From positions 26,660,001 through 26,724,000 of the forward strand of contig OZ024744.1 in assembly GCA_964016885.1 (NCBI GenBank): a DNA stretch of 64,000 nt, read 5' to 3'. The position numbers and the translations under genes were made by a program. This DNA is from Eledone cirrhosa (taxonomy: Eukaryota). This document shows, in pieces, positions 40,644 to 53,859 of the stretch (the stretch's first letter is position 1; each line of letters opens with the position of its first letter). A model generated the notes under the pieces. That model was given only the letters and a program-made list of their open reading frames with translations, had not been told where the DNA came from and did no database searches.

Positions 40644-40724
<81 letters not shown>

Positions 40725-40726
<2 letters not shown>

Positions 40727-40978
40727 GGTCTAATGATTACATATCGCAAATTCCAGGAAACCCGCGTATAGGAGAAATACAAAAGATAGTACTAATGGGA
40801 ACTGCCCATATACTAAGTAAGATCCTGTCAATATAAGTACATCACAAGTCTAAACACTAAGGATGCATGTGTGAATATGTGTGTTCTTTCTTGAACATGG
40901 CGGACCTTGTTGTCTCTTGAGGTCACTGGTTGTGACTTGGTGATAACTCGTATGAACATAAAGCAAGATAAATGCAAC
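40725..40978 (+). mobile_element. R4/Dong-clade 3' end, family A copy 2, very short
   Basis: Near-identical to 39325-39577. Confidence 0.9.
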
Positions 40979-41002
40979 TATAATAATAATAATAATAATA
41001 AT

Positions 41003-42192
41003 AGGAAAGAAGGAGGACGTGGGTTAATCCAGTTAGACATTGCGTTGAAAACTGCAACAATTGGATTATCTACATATCTAAGGGAATCACATGATTGGAT
41101 GATCAAACTCGTTTTGAAACACGAAAGCATCAAAAGATCATATTCCATTACAAACGATGCACAAAGATACAGTAATGGACTACACATTTCAGAAGTCCCA
41201 TTTACTGCTGAAATGGAAAACACAGAAAAAGCAAAGCAGGTAAAAGTAACTGCAAAGAAAGAACTGCTACAGAAACTAGCTAAGAAATGGCAAGAAAAGC
41301 CTCTGTATGGAAAATACCCAGAGCGAGCTAACAATCCTGATGTTGACAAAACTTTAACCCATCAGTGGTTGGCATCCTCTGGACTGAAATCGGAGACTGA
41401 AGGACTGATTATATCAGCACAAGATCAGTGTCTGCCAACAAAAAATTACCAAGCCAACATAATAACAAATGGATGCAGCCCATTATGCCGTGTATGCAAA
41501 AAACAACAAGAGACCATTGACCATATAATTTCAATGTGCAGTCCTATTGCTCCAACCGAATACCTAAACAGGCATGACAGAGCTGCACAATACATACATT
41601 GGATAATGTGTAAGCATTTTGACCTGCCCCATCAAAAGAATTGGTGGGAGCATCAACCACCTCCCATACTTGAAAAAGATCACATCTCAATCTTGTGGAA
41701 CTTTAGCATCCAAACAGACCGAAAAATAGATGCAAATAGACCTGATATAATATTGAAGGACTTTAAAAAGAGGGTATGCCAGCTAATTGATATGTCTGTT
41801 CCAATAGACAAGAATGTATCTATAAAAACATTTGAAAAATTGAGCAAGTATAAGGACCTGGAGATAGAAATTGGAAAAATGTGGAAATTGAGAACTAAAA
41901 CAATACCAGTGGTTGTAGGCGCTCTGGGAATGATACCTAAGGGGTCTAATGATTACTTATCGCAAATCCCAGGAAACCCGCGTATAGGAGAAATACAAAA
42001 GATAGTACTAATGGGAACTGCCCATATACTAAGGAAGATCCTGTCAATATAAGTACATCACAAGTCTAAACACTAAAGATGCATGTGTGAGTATGTGTTC
42101 TTTCTTGAACATGTCGGACCTTGTTGTCTCATGAGGTCACTGGTTGTGACTTGGTGATAACTCGTATGAACATAAAGCAAGATAAATGCAAC
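41003..42192 (+). mobile_element. R4/Dong-clade 3' end, family A copy 3, longest
   Basis: Open frame RKEGGRGL...WQEKPLYGKY...SETEGLIISAQDQ...RLE domain ending at 42052. Confidence 0.93.
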
Positions 42193-42195
42193 TGT

Positions 42196-42227
<32 letters not shown>

Positions 42228-42229
<2 letters not shown>

Positions 42230-45200
42230 TTTTTTTATTAACCACAAGGGTTTACATAAAGTAGACATTAAGGACAGCACAGGACAATACAGGACGGTAC
42301 AAATGGGCATTTCTGCGTGTAAAAAAAACAGAGTATGTAATAAAATAACAAAGAAAGATTCCCCAATAGGGGGGAGACTTCCGAGGGACATTTATGGAGA
42401 AAGCTCATTAAAAGAGCACAGTGACCCTGACCATAATGGTTTCTTTATTGGCCACAAGTGTTAACATGAAGAAAAACATTAGTGACGGCACAGAATGGTA
42501 CAGGAAGATACAAAGTGGGTTTTGGCCGTGTAAAAAAGATTACAAGAAAATAGAAAAGTGTAAAAGCAAATCAAAAAAATTCAAACAACAAAATTTCCTA
42601 AATAAGACGGAAACCTGCTAGGGTCACTCAAAGGGAAAACCACACAAAAGACCACGGCGACCCTGACCACCGGGCAAGCGCCCTCTCTCAGTTCTCGCAT
42701 TCCTCAGTCTACAGGCGCATACATAGAACAGGCCCGTTGCTCGAACCAGACTTGCCACTTTCACCCACCACCGTTCAACAAACTTACTAGACGGCAGCAC
42801 TTGCCTTTCCACCCTGATTTTCCTCTTCAAGTGAAACTTGAAAAAGTTAATCAAGGATTCGCCAAAAAGGAAAGTGTCCGTCTTCAATCATTTCAACCTT
42901 GTCCACCACACAATCTCTTTCACCATGGCCACCAGGCAGATGAAAACTGCCTGCCTTTCCTCCTCTTTAAAGGAGGATGGCGGGGCTATATGCACAATAG
43001 ACTCAGTCGATAACCAGATCCGTCCTACACAACGATTTCTTTGCTCTGCGCGCTTCTTGGACAGGTTCGGCTGACGGCACTTCCGGTTCTATACAGTTTA
43101 TCTCGAACCCCCAACGCTCCGCGGGAGCACTGCCTGGAGAGGGATTTCTGGAGGTTGTCAATAAGCTCCGAGCTGAAAGAGAGCAAACAGCTGATCGTCT
43201 TCGACGCCCAGGGTCTCCCCGAGAACATCGTCGCACTTTCCCTCCACTAGCCCTCTATAGAACGCCGAGATGGATGTTCCACCGATATTAGTGCCCAGCT
43301 AGTAGAAGGCTTGGAGACATTCCATCTTCCAAGCGTTATCCCCCGGTATGTCCTGATCCAGGACTGCAGCTCCGTCAAGGTGACGGGCTGGGGAAAAACA
43401 CGTCTGGCAAAGGTGACCACACCTGTTCACCGTCAAGGAAGGACCAGGGATGTTGCAGTCTCCACGCATGTTTGCACGTCATCATCCACGGCATGCCCAG
43501 CCCTCCACGCAACGGTTGTTGACAGCAGATAGATCGTCTGACCACGGGAGCACGTCCCTTACATAAAAAGCGGAAGAGGAGGGGCTCCATTTTTGTCAGA
43601 GTTGGGTCAGGGCAAGGCACAGCGGTTAGGCAGATGACGGATGCGATGAACGCATTCGGCACCTCCACCCGACCTTTCAAGGACAACCTCCTCTCGGCCC
43701 ATTTCTGGGTGAGAGAGGCCACCCTGCTTGTCACCGCGTTCCAGCTTTTCTCCATCTGGATGTCCGGATCGAACCAGACCACGAGCAATTTAACCGGTCC
43801 TTCCGTCTAGCGCTCCACGACGCTGTCAGACGACATGGACTTGCCTCTCCAGGTGCCAAGCTGCAAGCCCACCGACTTTTCCTCGTTTAACACTGCTTCA
43901 TATTCCTTGAGAGCGGTGCCAAGCGTCTGGACATGTCTGGTGCTCTACACTACCACGGATCTCCCGCATCCCAGTTCGACGCCTCTCATCGCCTCAAATT
44001 TGTGCGGTAATGGCTCGTGGTCCAATGTGTACAAGAGGGACGAGAGGGGACAGCCCTGGTGGACTGAGCGCATGATGATGAACGGCTGTGACAGGTGACC
44101 GCTCACCCTCGCAACTGAGCAGATGTAGCTGTCCATCGAAGCGATTATACCCCTGAAAACAGACCCTATCAAATGCCTTAGATTGATCCAAGTTGATCAG
44201 AGCCCCACCCGTGGAATGTTGCTTAGCCATCCTCTCTATGATGTATCGCATGAGGGGGAGGTTGTCGTGGATGGATCTATCCGGAATGGCACATGTCTGC
44301 GCCTCTCCCACCAGATGACTGGCACCAATCTCGTTGCAAACACCTTGGCCAAAATCATGAACTCATGCGTTTAACAGAGTTATGATGCCTGAAGTTGTCT
44401 ATAACGTCCCCCTTGTACGGGTCTTTTCTTAGCAGCGCCACCGCTCCCCGGCTCACAAAACTGGGAATGATCCCGTTCTGCTGACAGTTGCACTAGACAT
44501 CCGCCAAGAGTTCGCCGAACAAGCCTGGCATGTACGCATAAATTCATAAGGCAGACAATCCAAACCTGGCGATTTACCCCTGATGCAATCAGACATCGCT
44601 TCCCGTATTTCACCTGCTGTTATCGGCTTTTAGCAATACTGCGCTGCGGTCGTCGAGAGCTGTGGCAGTCCGTCGAGGTAGGCACTGAAGTTCATTCTCA
44701 GATCTGGCCTGCCACCTCTCCCAAACAATTGAGCAAAGTGCTGCTGAAAAGCCTCACACATCTGCTCGGGTTCGAGTAACATCTGCCCGTTTTGGTCTGG
44801 AAAGGACCGAATTGTGGCTTTGTTGCAACGTCGCGCCTCCACCACCCGGGCCCATTAGACAGCTTTTGTATCCTCTTGTCTAAGAGTACGACCTCTAGCT
44901 CTGACAACGCAGCCTTCATGCTTTGCGTTGAAGAATCGGTCGAGTGCCAATCTCGCCGCAAGCACGTCGGTCTGATGCCTGTCCTAAACGCCTCTTCTAG
45001 CTTTCTAACTAGCTCTCCCTCTACTCTATTTTCCTCTATCACTATCCTTTGCTAAACCTTATCGATTCTACTCTAATTGCCCTTTTCAGAGTAAACCACC
45101 ACCTGTTGTTGACGATCGCACCCGTCAACGCCCGCTTAACTAATTCGCTTATCCGGTCTCTGTAAGCTTTGCGCACCGGGAAGACGTGTTCAGCTTCCAG

Positions 45201-47200
45201 TAACTGTGCCCTTGCCTATGGAGTCTATCTAAGTCGACTTCACAGATCCTATATTTGTGGTCCGTGTAGTCGACTACTTTAAATTGTGGACAACCTAGGC
45301 TAACCTTATCTGTTTCCCTACAGAATACTCTATCTAAATACGATCTGGATGACCCGATGCGGTTTGCCCATATCCACATTGGCACATTCGGATAATCCAG
45401 TCTATACCTGTCAGACAGTTCAAAACGTCTGAGCAGGTTGCTGAGGCTTTTACATCCTTCTCCCTTATTTACTAGCCGCACATAATCCCAGCGGGCATCT
45501 ACGATAGCGTTCCAATCACCCACTAACACTAAAGAGCGGGACGTTCCATAAAAGGTCTCTAGACGTGTGAAGAAATCTGGCCGTCCTGCCCCTGTTGGGG
45601 CGTAGACGGCTACCACCCTGGGATGTCTGTGTGCTACTTTATATGTTCTATAAATTCTTTATTTATAAAGTTTATGGCTGTGTAACGTTTTTTTGGTGCT
45701 TGGTTTTCTTGTTGCTGCTGTTGGGTGTATGTGCTTTGTTGTGTTTGCGATGTTGGTGTTTGTGGGGATGCTGGTGGTGGTGTGGTTATTGCTTGTGATG
45801 ATATTTGTGATGGTGATGGTGGTGGCGTAGCTTCGAGTCGTCTTGCAGCCTTTTCCCCTCTCTGTCCTCTCTTTTGGAGGGCGAAGCTAAGGGGTTCTAT
45901 CTTTTTTGTGGCAGACCGTTTGCCACACCACTCCCACCCCAGACTCTATGTCGGATTCCGTGGCGTCTGGGAGGGGTATGTGCTCCACGGCTGTTGGTGG
46001 TGGTAGTGGAGGCCTCTCCGGCGATTTTGTTGCTGGTGCAGCTACTGCAAATGTAGCTACTGGTGTTGCCTCCACTGCTGCCGCTGTTTTAGTTGCCCAT
46101 GCCTTGGTATGTGTGCCACGGATGTAGCCCTTCTACTCACCGTGGAAGGGTCTGCCGCCCCTGTTTCCTGCCCTTCTCCTGGTAGCAGCGGACCAGGCGT
46201 CGAGAAAAGGGGGGTCTTCTTCTCTGCTGTCTTTTAAGGGCAAATGTCCCTGAGGTGACCCTTTGACCCACAGCGATAGCACTTTGGACGCCTTCCTTCC
46301 ACACTTATACGGAGTTGGTCTCCTTCTTCGAGGTCTATAATGTCCGGGATAGCTTCGATCCACTCCTGGTCAGTTTGTATTAGCATTTGCATTGCTATAC
46401 CAGACCAGTTCTCCCTGCCTATCCCCTGTACTTGCAGCGTGGTCGTCCTTTCCTCGATTCCAACAAGGACAGACGTGACCAGCCAAGGTATGGGCACATC
46501 GGGTGGGACCTGGGTCACTTTGACCATTACAATCTTCTGCTCATACTAGGAGGGCACCAAAACTATCTCCTCACTCTTTAGGGTTACCAAAGAGTGAGAC
46601 TTCGCCTCATGAGGTGTGGCAAACAGTACGTCTACTGTGGCATACTTTCTGCCTCGGGTGATGTGGGTTTTTTGTGCCCAAACGCTCATTAAGGCCTTTT
46701 GTATTTGAGCCTCCGTGGATCTCTTCACCCGATGTGATATTTTGCTTACAGTGCTGTAAGTCACCGTCAGTAACTGCTGGTCCTTGATCAAATCGGTTGG
46801 AGGTTTCAGGGAGACTCGATTGGCATTTCTCGTCACCTTGGCCCTTTCGACTGCCAACTCCTCCTCTGTGACTAACACTGTTTCTATATTTTGGGCGACA
46901 CCTGCAAAAGAAGTGGCCCCTTTTTCAGCGGCACCACTATTGCTGCAGCTACTGCTGCTACTGGTCTTGGTGGTGCTGAGATCGTTGTTACTGTTATTGA
47001 TGTTGTTTTTGTCGATACTGTTGCTGCTGTTATTGTTGTTGTGGCTGTTGTTATTGTCATTGTTATTGTCTTTCTCGACCTTATCGCTGTTATTTTTGTT
47101 ATTTTTGTTGTTGCTGTTGTTATTGATGATGTTGTTGTTGTTGTTGTTGTTATTGTTAGTGTTGTTAGTGTTAGTACTATTTGGTATTTTTTAATCTGAA
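42228..47200 (-). mobile_element. Tx1/L1-clade LINE copy 2 with internal deletions, plus an extra 3' end at 42228-42432
   Basis: Colinear homology with copy 1; ORF1 knuckle CYRCGSKGHLRDIC; lacks the ORF2 N-terminus (junction near 45620) and the YADD region. Confidence 0.9.
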
Positions 47201-47776
47201 ACAATATTATTATAAAGGATATATTTTTCCTTTTATTTCATAATATATTCTTTATTTTTAATATACCTTCGCTCGAACGCTGTCTTGTTGACATGTTGAC
47301 AATGTCCTCCTCCTCTCTATCTCTCTCTTTCTCTCTCTCTCTCTTGACAGACTTGAGTCAAACATATATTCTACACTGAGGGAAGTACAAATATTTCCTT
47401 TGAGGCATATTATACGGCAATAAAATAAATTGTATTCTTCAAGAGTCCAGAATTTCCCACGAACATATTAAACATTTTGATATCTAACGGCCTGACGCCC
47501 CCCCCCCCCCCCCCGGTCTTACAATACAAAACTATTTTAAAGTGCTCATATTTATATGAAAACCTTCCATCATAATTTTATGTATTAACCTTTTTTAAGT
47601 TAGGTTCCAAACTTCAGCTTAATAATGAGAAAGTTAATATTACATCTCGCAAAATTCTTGCTTATTTTCAAACTGATTCTAAAATTATAAGCCGTATATT
47701 TTATTAGAAATGTTACCTAAAATCGAGGAAATCTGCTATACCCGTATAACTTGCTTCATAGTAGAGCGTTCGGTCC

Positions 47777-48009
47777 CTAAACAAGGTATACTAATGAAGA
47801 AGCTTGTGTATCTTTATTATGGAGAATGTGGCAGATTATTTCGAGAATCATGCTTTTCCAAACTCTATTGCCTAGTTTAGCACCATTAATTGGTTCATTG
47901 TTGTAGTTTTCAAAGGCCACACTTGTATACGCATTCGCGCCTGGTCTCCGGCGATACCTTCCTTCACTCTTTCCATCAGTTTTAGAAGTTCCATACCAGG
48001 TTTCCCACT
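47777..48009 (-). CDS. Unrecognised coding segment (exon or pseudogene), paralog of 55673-55812
   Basis: Open frame EWETWYGTSKTDGKSEGRYRRRPGANAYTSVAFENYNNEPINGAKLGNRVWK after a CAG acceptor-like site; 16/30 ungapped identity to the plus-strand segment. Confidence 0.45.
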
Positions 48010-48030
48010 CTGAGTAAGACTTAAAAGTAT

Positions 48031-48520
48031 CTTCTTCTTCTTCTTCTTCTTCTTCTTCTTCTTCTTCTTCTTCTTCTTCTTCTTCTTCTTCTTCTTCTTC
48101 TTCTTCTTCTTCTTCTTCTTCTTCTTCTTCTTCTTCACCCACTTATTCCTGAGAGGGTCGTGGGGCCAGAGTCCTCAAGCACTCCCTCCAGCAGGTCCTG
48201 TCAGAAGCAACCGTCTCCAACTGATCTGGCTGGATACCCAAGCGTGACCAGCCAAGCTCATGGATGTTATCCAACCATCTTGCTCCAGGTCTATCCCTGG
48301 ATCTCCTACCGGTTGGTTTTGCCTGTCCATTCTAACCACATGTCCACAGTATCAGAGCTGTGATCTCTATATCCGGAGAAGTAGAGGCTCTACTTGGCGT
48401 GACTCTCATCTCAGAGCTACACACTTTATCGAGTAACGTTACTCTAAAAACCCTTCGGAGGAATCACATTTCGGTCGCTTGTATTCGTGTTTGTATTCTT
48501 TCGGTCATTACCCAAGATAC
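48031..48520 (-). mobile_element. RTE-clade LINE 3' end with expanded (GAA)n tail
   Basis: Homologous to 1925-2333; (TTC)n at 48031-48136 abuts ACCCACTTATTCC. Confidence 0.85.
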
Positions 48521-49238
48521 ATGAACAGTTTTAGTGGCAATAATTAAAGGATTTTGCTTTCATTGAGAATAAATTTAAGTCACCGCCTCAATATTGGTGG
48601 AATATGTAATTTTTTCTTTGGACTAAACACAACAGTTCTTTAGTTTTGATAATAAACGTAAACGTAAACGTTCAGCCCTTCCTCCAAAGATGTTTGTGGT
48701 GCAACTGAAAAACAATCTACCTAGGATTAAAACCTCGTTGCCAACATTTTGTTAAAGGCTTACTACTTATTTTTAGTTGATCGTTTTTTCACGGTACTTG
48801 CCTATCTTTGACAGGAAACATTTTAAAAGAAAAAATAATTTCTAATAAAGAATATTTTTGACTGCTTTGCAATTTTTGTTTTTTGCTGCATATAACGCTT
48901 TTACTCTTTATTTTTGTCCCTCTTTACGATCGTCTGGTTTAGAAGAGATTTCTGAAGCGCATACACTCCCATGAATATTGCACAATTTTATTGTCAAAAG
49001 AAACACGATATTACTCGTTCTCTGAATAGTTTATAAAAAAATATTAATCAAGTTAAATTTTAATGGTGAACCAAATTAAATATTAAAAAAACATAGCGAA
49101 CTTCTCTGAACATCAACCACCCCCACACAATTTTCATGACCAACAAGTTGTTGTTTGACCCCATGCCAACCCAGTTTGGTTCCAACAACCATATGATCAT
49201 ATACATTTAACCGTGACCACACGATATCACGTGTTTTA

Positions 49239-49784
49239 CAAGGGGGCTTCAAATAGCTCGTGGAAAGGGTACATAGCTAAACATCATATGCAGGGATTGT
49301 GATCTCAATGCACCTGTACGTTCTCTTACTAACGTGTCATAACATGTTCTAACATGAACCCTTAAATACATGTTGTAACGCGGTACCACCAGTTGGAAGT
49401 CAGCACCCTTCAGCAGCATGGCCTCGATCAAAACATCAAATTCATGGTGAATCTAGGGTGGCAGAGCAGCCAAATCATTGACACTCTCAAGCATGTTTAT
49501 GGGGAAATATCCCAAATAAATCAACAACCTACAAATAGATAAGTCGTTTTAGAAGTGGAAGAGATGAGGTTGAAGATGATCCCCAGTTGAAGATGTAAAA
49601 ATAAGCTGCTTTGACATGGTTTAAGTCACATGGTCCTCAGTTTTACACAAATGGACTTAAAGGCTTGTATCAACCCTTGCAGAAGTTTATTGACCTAGAT
49701 GGAGCATATGTTGACAAATAAACATCATAACTGAAACCGTTTTTTCCAACTATCCTTTTTCACCAACTGTTTGAATCCCCCTAA
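49239..49784 (+). mobile_element. Hsmar2-like mariner deletion derivative with both TIRs
   Basis: TIRs CAAGGGGGCTTCAAATAGCTCGTGGAAA and TTTCACCAACTGTTTGAATCCCCCT; N-terminal HTH joined to C-terminal ALTWFKSHGPQFYTNGLKG...QKFIDLDGAYVDK*. Confidence 0.88.
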
Positions 49785-50407
49785 TATTATCTCATGAGGC
49801 GTTCCTGTATGTAAGAGAGAATTATTGTGTGATCATAAGTAAAGTTGAATTGGAGTCCCAGCCTTACGTTATTGTTGTAGTTGTTATATTGTTGCTGTTA
49901 TTGTTGTTGTTTGTGGTGGTGTCATGGTGGACAGTTGTTGTTACTGTTGCTGTTGTTGGTGGTGTTGTTAAGTTGTTGTTGATTTGGTTGTTGCTTTTGT
50001 TGTTACCGTTGCTGTTGTTGTTATTGTTGCTGTTGTTATTGTTGCAGTTGTGGTGTTCTTGCTGTCCTTTAAATGTTGTCGTTGTTAGTGTTGTTTTGCT
50101 TATTGTTGATGTTGATGGTGGTGTTTTTTAACCACAGGTCAGTCATGGTCCAGCCGATCTATGATCAAAGGGAAGCGTCTAGTTGTGAACAACATATTTT
50201 CAAAGGTACATTGAACTATATTATCTAACGAGCTATTTACCTTATTTCTAACGAGACTACGAACTGACAGAAATAATATAGGTAGAGCATCGGGCAAGAT
50301 GACTTCCGGTATTCTTTCCAGCTCTCAGAGACGAACCGTTATATGTATCTCTTTGCTTTTCAAAGTTGATAATTAAAGTGGTAGTCTGCAAATAAGTATA
50401 AGGGAGA

Positions 50408-50537
50408 TTCTTCTTCTTCTTCTTCTTCTTCTTCTTCTTCTTCTTCTTCTTCTTCTTCTTCTTCTTCTTCTTCTTCTTCTTCTTCTTCTTCTTCTTCTTC
50501 TTCTTCTTCTTCTTCTTCTTCTTCTTCTTCTTCTTCT
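50408..50537 (+). repeat. (TTC)n microsatellite
   Basis: Direct reading. Confidence 0.97.
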
Positions 50538-52250
50538 ATAGGGTTTATCAACGAAGTAATGTTAGAGAAAAATAGAAAGGAGTGGGAGCTGTAAGATAAG
50601 TTAGATAAGACTATTCGTAGTGGCATTGCAACGGACATGCTAGCGGTGAGAATGGCACTAGACCATTTCTTCAATGCGAAACACGAAGGTCACATTGTCA
50701 GAGCGAAATCGCGTGCTCTAAGAAATGAGGGAACCAAAGCTGTTCGATAGGCCCGACTGGTGGTGGAGCAACGTGGTGACAAAACCATACATCGGTATTT
50801 GGCGGACCGGGATAAATGCGAGTTGAACGATTCCTGGCAGATGTTTCAAGCCCTTAGATGGCGTATTTCAGTCCCTACTTCGACGGCCTACCGCGCCTCT
50901 CACCAGCCGATGGTAGGTGTTGTGAAAGACCGATAACTTCAGCCGTGATTCGGGATGATCTAGTCGGCTGCACGAGGCGCAAGTCACCCGATGCGTATGG
51001 TCTATCCAACGAGCTTTGCGTAGACATGTCAGACATGTTCTCCGATCTCATTGAAGCGCTCTACTGCAACTGGCAACCGAACAGGAGTATTCCCAGTTAT
51101 GTTAGCCGGGGCGTTATGACGCTGATAAGGAAGACATTAGACAACTTCAGGCCTATAACTCTGCTAAACACAGAGTTCAAGATTTTGGCCCAGGTTTTAG
51201 CGAAGAGGTTGGCACTTGTAATCGAGAATTTGGTAGTAGGGGAGGCGCAAACTTGCACAATCCCGACCAAGCCTATACACAACAATCTACACCTCATGCA
51301 TTAGGGTGTAAACCTGGCTTCGGTAGGTTTCTGATCTATTCAGATCAATCGGAAGCTTTCGATAGGGTCGACCATTGAGGCTGCCCTCGGGGCAGCCGTC
51401 TTCAGAAGCTGGATCGCTGCAATGCACAGTGGTATTTGCTCAGTGGTATCTGCAAAGTTAAGGCCATCTTTCGGAACCGTTTCAAATCTCCTGATTGGTC
51501 CGTCAATGGTGTCCCCTCTCCTCTCTTTTGTACGAGGATCAGTGGGGGCCAACTACAACGATACACTCGGAGAGGATCTGGTTGTCTACGAAGTCGAACT
51601 AACCAGTCTCATCCGGAGGACTTTCAAGCCGGGTTCCATGGAAAACTTCCAGAAATCTCTCGCTTGGCAGTGCTCCCAGGGGGCACTGCCAGTTAGAGAT
51701 AAACTCTACAGACACAGAAGTACTGTTAGACTGACTTGCCCGGGATAAGTGCAGGTAGTTTTCCTGTCTGGTGGCGGTAGCGAAAGGAGTTGTGTAGGAG
51801 CAGGTTGAAACGACTGAAGACAGACAATTTTCGACCAATCCCTCTCCAACATTTTCAAGTTTCCTTTGGAAAGGAAGTTGAAGGTGGAGCGGCAAGCTCT
51901 GCCCCCTCCCCAGTTCATTTCCAAAAAGATGAGTGAATAAGGCTAGGACGACCCGGGTGAGTGGGCCTACTCTAAGTACGTGCCTGTAGGCAGGTTAACT
52001 TGAGAAGGAGAGGGACACCGTTCCCGGTTGCCCTCCAAACCTCGGGTGGTTTAGATTGGTGGGGGTACCTGAGTCGCATCTGAATGGTGCCCCCCCCCCC
52101 CACTGTAAGGGAATTAATTTTGTTATATTTGTAATTGATAATTGGTTTTGTTATTGTATACTTTCATTCAATTTTATTGTAAAACACCACTGTCCCTGTC
52201 TTTGTAGTGTCCCCTATATGTCGGCCCTTGTGGCCAATAAATGAAATCAT
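50538..52250 (+). mobile_element. Tx1/L1-clade LINE copy 3, 5'-truncated and deleted
   Basis: NFRPITLLNTEFKILAQVLAKRL and DQSEAFDRVDH; same 3' tail GGCCCTTGTGGCCAATAAA. Confidence 0.88.
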
Positions 52251-52271
52251 TATCAGTATCATTATTATTAT

Positions 52272-53070
52272 TGGCAGTATCGGTAGAGGGTCGGACGCAA
52301 TGCTTTGACGCATAGAGTTACGGCCCTTGCCATTCTGAGTTCAAATCCCACGGAGGTTAACTTTGCCTTTCATCCTTAAGGGTTCGATAAAATAAAGTAC
52401 CAGTAATGCACTGGTTAATTGTTGGCCTTGTGCCAAAAGTAGAAACAATTATTATTTTTATTATCGGACGCCATGCTTTGAAGCATAGAGTTACCTCCTT
52501 GTATGATCTGAGTTCAAATCCCGCCGAGGTTAACTTTGCTTTTCATCCTTACGCGGTCGATAAAATAAAGTACCAGTACGCACTGGGGTTGATTTCATCG
52601 ACTTTTCCCTCACCCAAAATTGCTGGCCTTGTGCCTAAATAAGAAACCATTATTATTATTAGGGTGGTGGATTGGCAGTATCTGTAGAGCGTCGGACACC
52701 ATGCTTTGCAGCATAGAGTTACGGCTTTTTACGTTTTGAGTTCAAATCTCGCCGAGGGTAAACCTGTCAACCTTACGGGTCGATAAAACAAAATACCAGT
52801 AATGCACTGGGTCGATCTAATTTACTTTATCCTCCCAAAAATTGCTGGCCTATATAAGAAACCATTATTATTATTAGGGCGGTGGATTGGCATTATCGGT
52901 AGAGGGTCGGACTCCATGCTTTGACGCATAGAGTTACGGCCCCTGCCATTCTGAGTTCAAATTCCGCCGATGTTAACTTTGCCTTTCATCCTTACGGGGT
53001 CGATAAAATAAAGTACCAGTAATACACTGGATAATTGCTGGCCTTGTGCCAAAAGTAGAAACAATTATTA
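52272..53070 (+). mobile_element. Head-to-tail array of four family A SINEs
   Basis: Copies at about 52272, 52463, 52661 and 52877, each ending GAAAC(A/C)ATTATTATT. Confidence 0.92.
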
Positions 53071-53859
53071 TAGTTGTTGTTGTTCCCTTTATTCCATTCG
53101 TGGTGAAAATATGCCGACGACGAAGAAGTTGGAAAATTAGAAATCGGCGATTTAATAGTATTTATCCTAATAATAATTTCATTGCAATACATTCTTAGAA
53201 ACTAGATCAACGGTTCGATGTCTAACCATTGTCAAGAAATCTATTGCTTTGTGCCGTTACCATTTTTTCAGTTTATATTTATCCCTTTTTTATTTTTTTA
53301 TATTGTATTTTCTGTATTCGATGTGATATTTGTTTTGTTTTGTTTGTTTTGATTTCGTTTATATATTATTATTCTTCCTCTATCCTCGTTTTCCTTTTAT
53401 TTTGTCTGTCTTTGTATTTTCCCTTAATTATTTTCCTGCTTCTATCTTATGTAGGAATACGACAGAGTTCTTGAAACCTTTCAAATGGAATGGAAAACGC
53501 TTAAAAATAAGATTGTCTGTAGTTGTTGGCCGGTTCTAGCTGTTGCGAATCTAGAAGAAGAAAAAGAAGAAGAAGAATTTCGTGTTGTTTTTTTAGTAAA
53601 ATAAGTAAAATTGAATTGAATTCTGTTAGTAAGTATAATGGGATGATGTCCAGAAAAATATATCAATTTCTACCAGGGATTTTTCGTTTTATACGAAAGA
53701 ATGAAACATTGGAATGAAGGAAAGGAAAACATCTTATGGGAAAGAGGGAACGTGTAGAGTAGAATCGAATTAATTCGGAACAGGCTGAATTTAGAAAATA
53801 AAATATAAAGTAAATTTAAAAAAAAACAAAAACAAAATAATTCAAGACAACAATGGTAT

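Noticed and set aside
40907-42052. 381-aa ORF as a host gene
   Set aside because: Read-through from one Dong 3' UTR across (AAT)n into the next 5'-truncated copy.
47872-48142. Poly-E and poly-K ORF N-termini (also 50360-50674)
   Set aside because: Derived from (TTC)n microsatellites; only the part downstream of 48009 is considered further.
52272-53070. tRNA gene cluster
   Set aside because: A/B boxes belong to SINE heads; no cloverleaf, and each is followed by the SINE core and tail.
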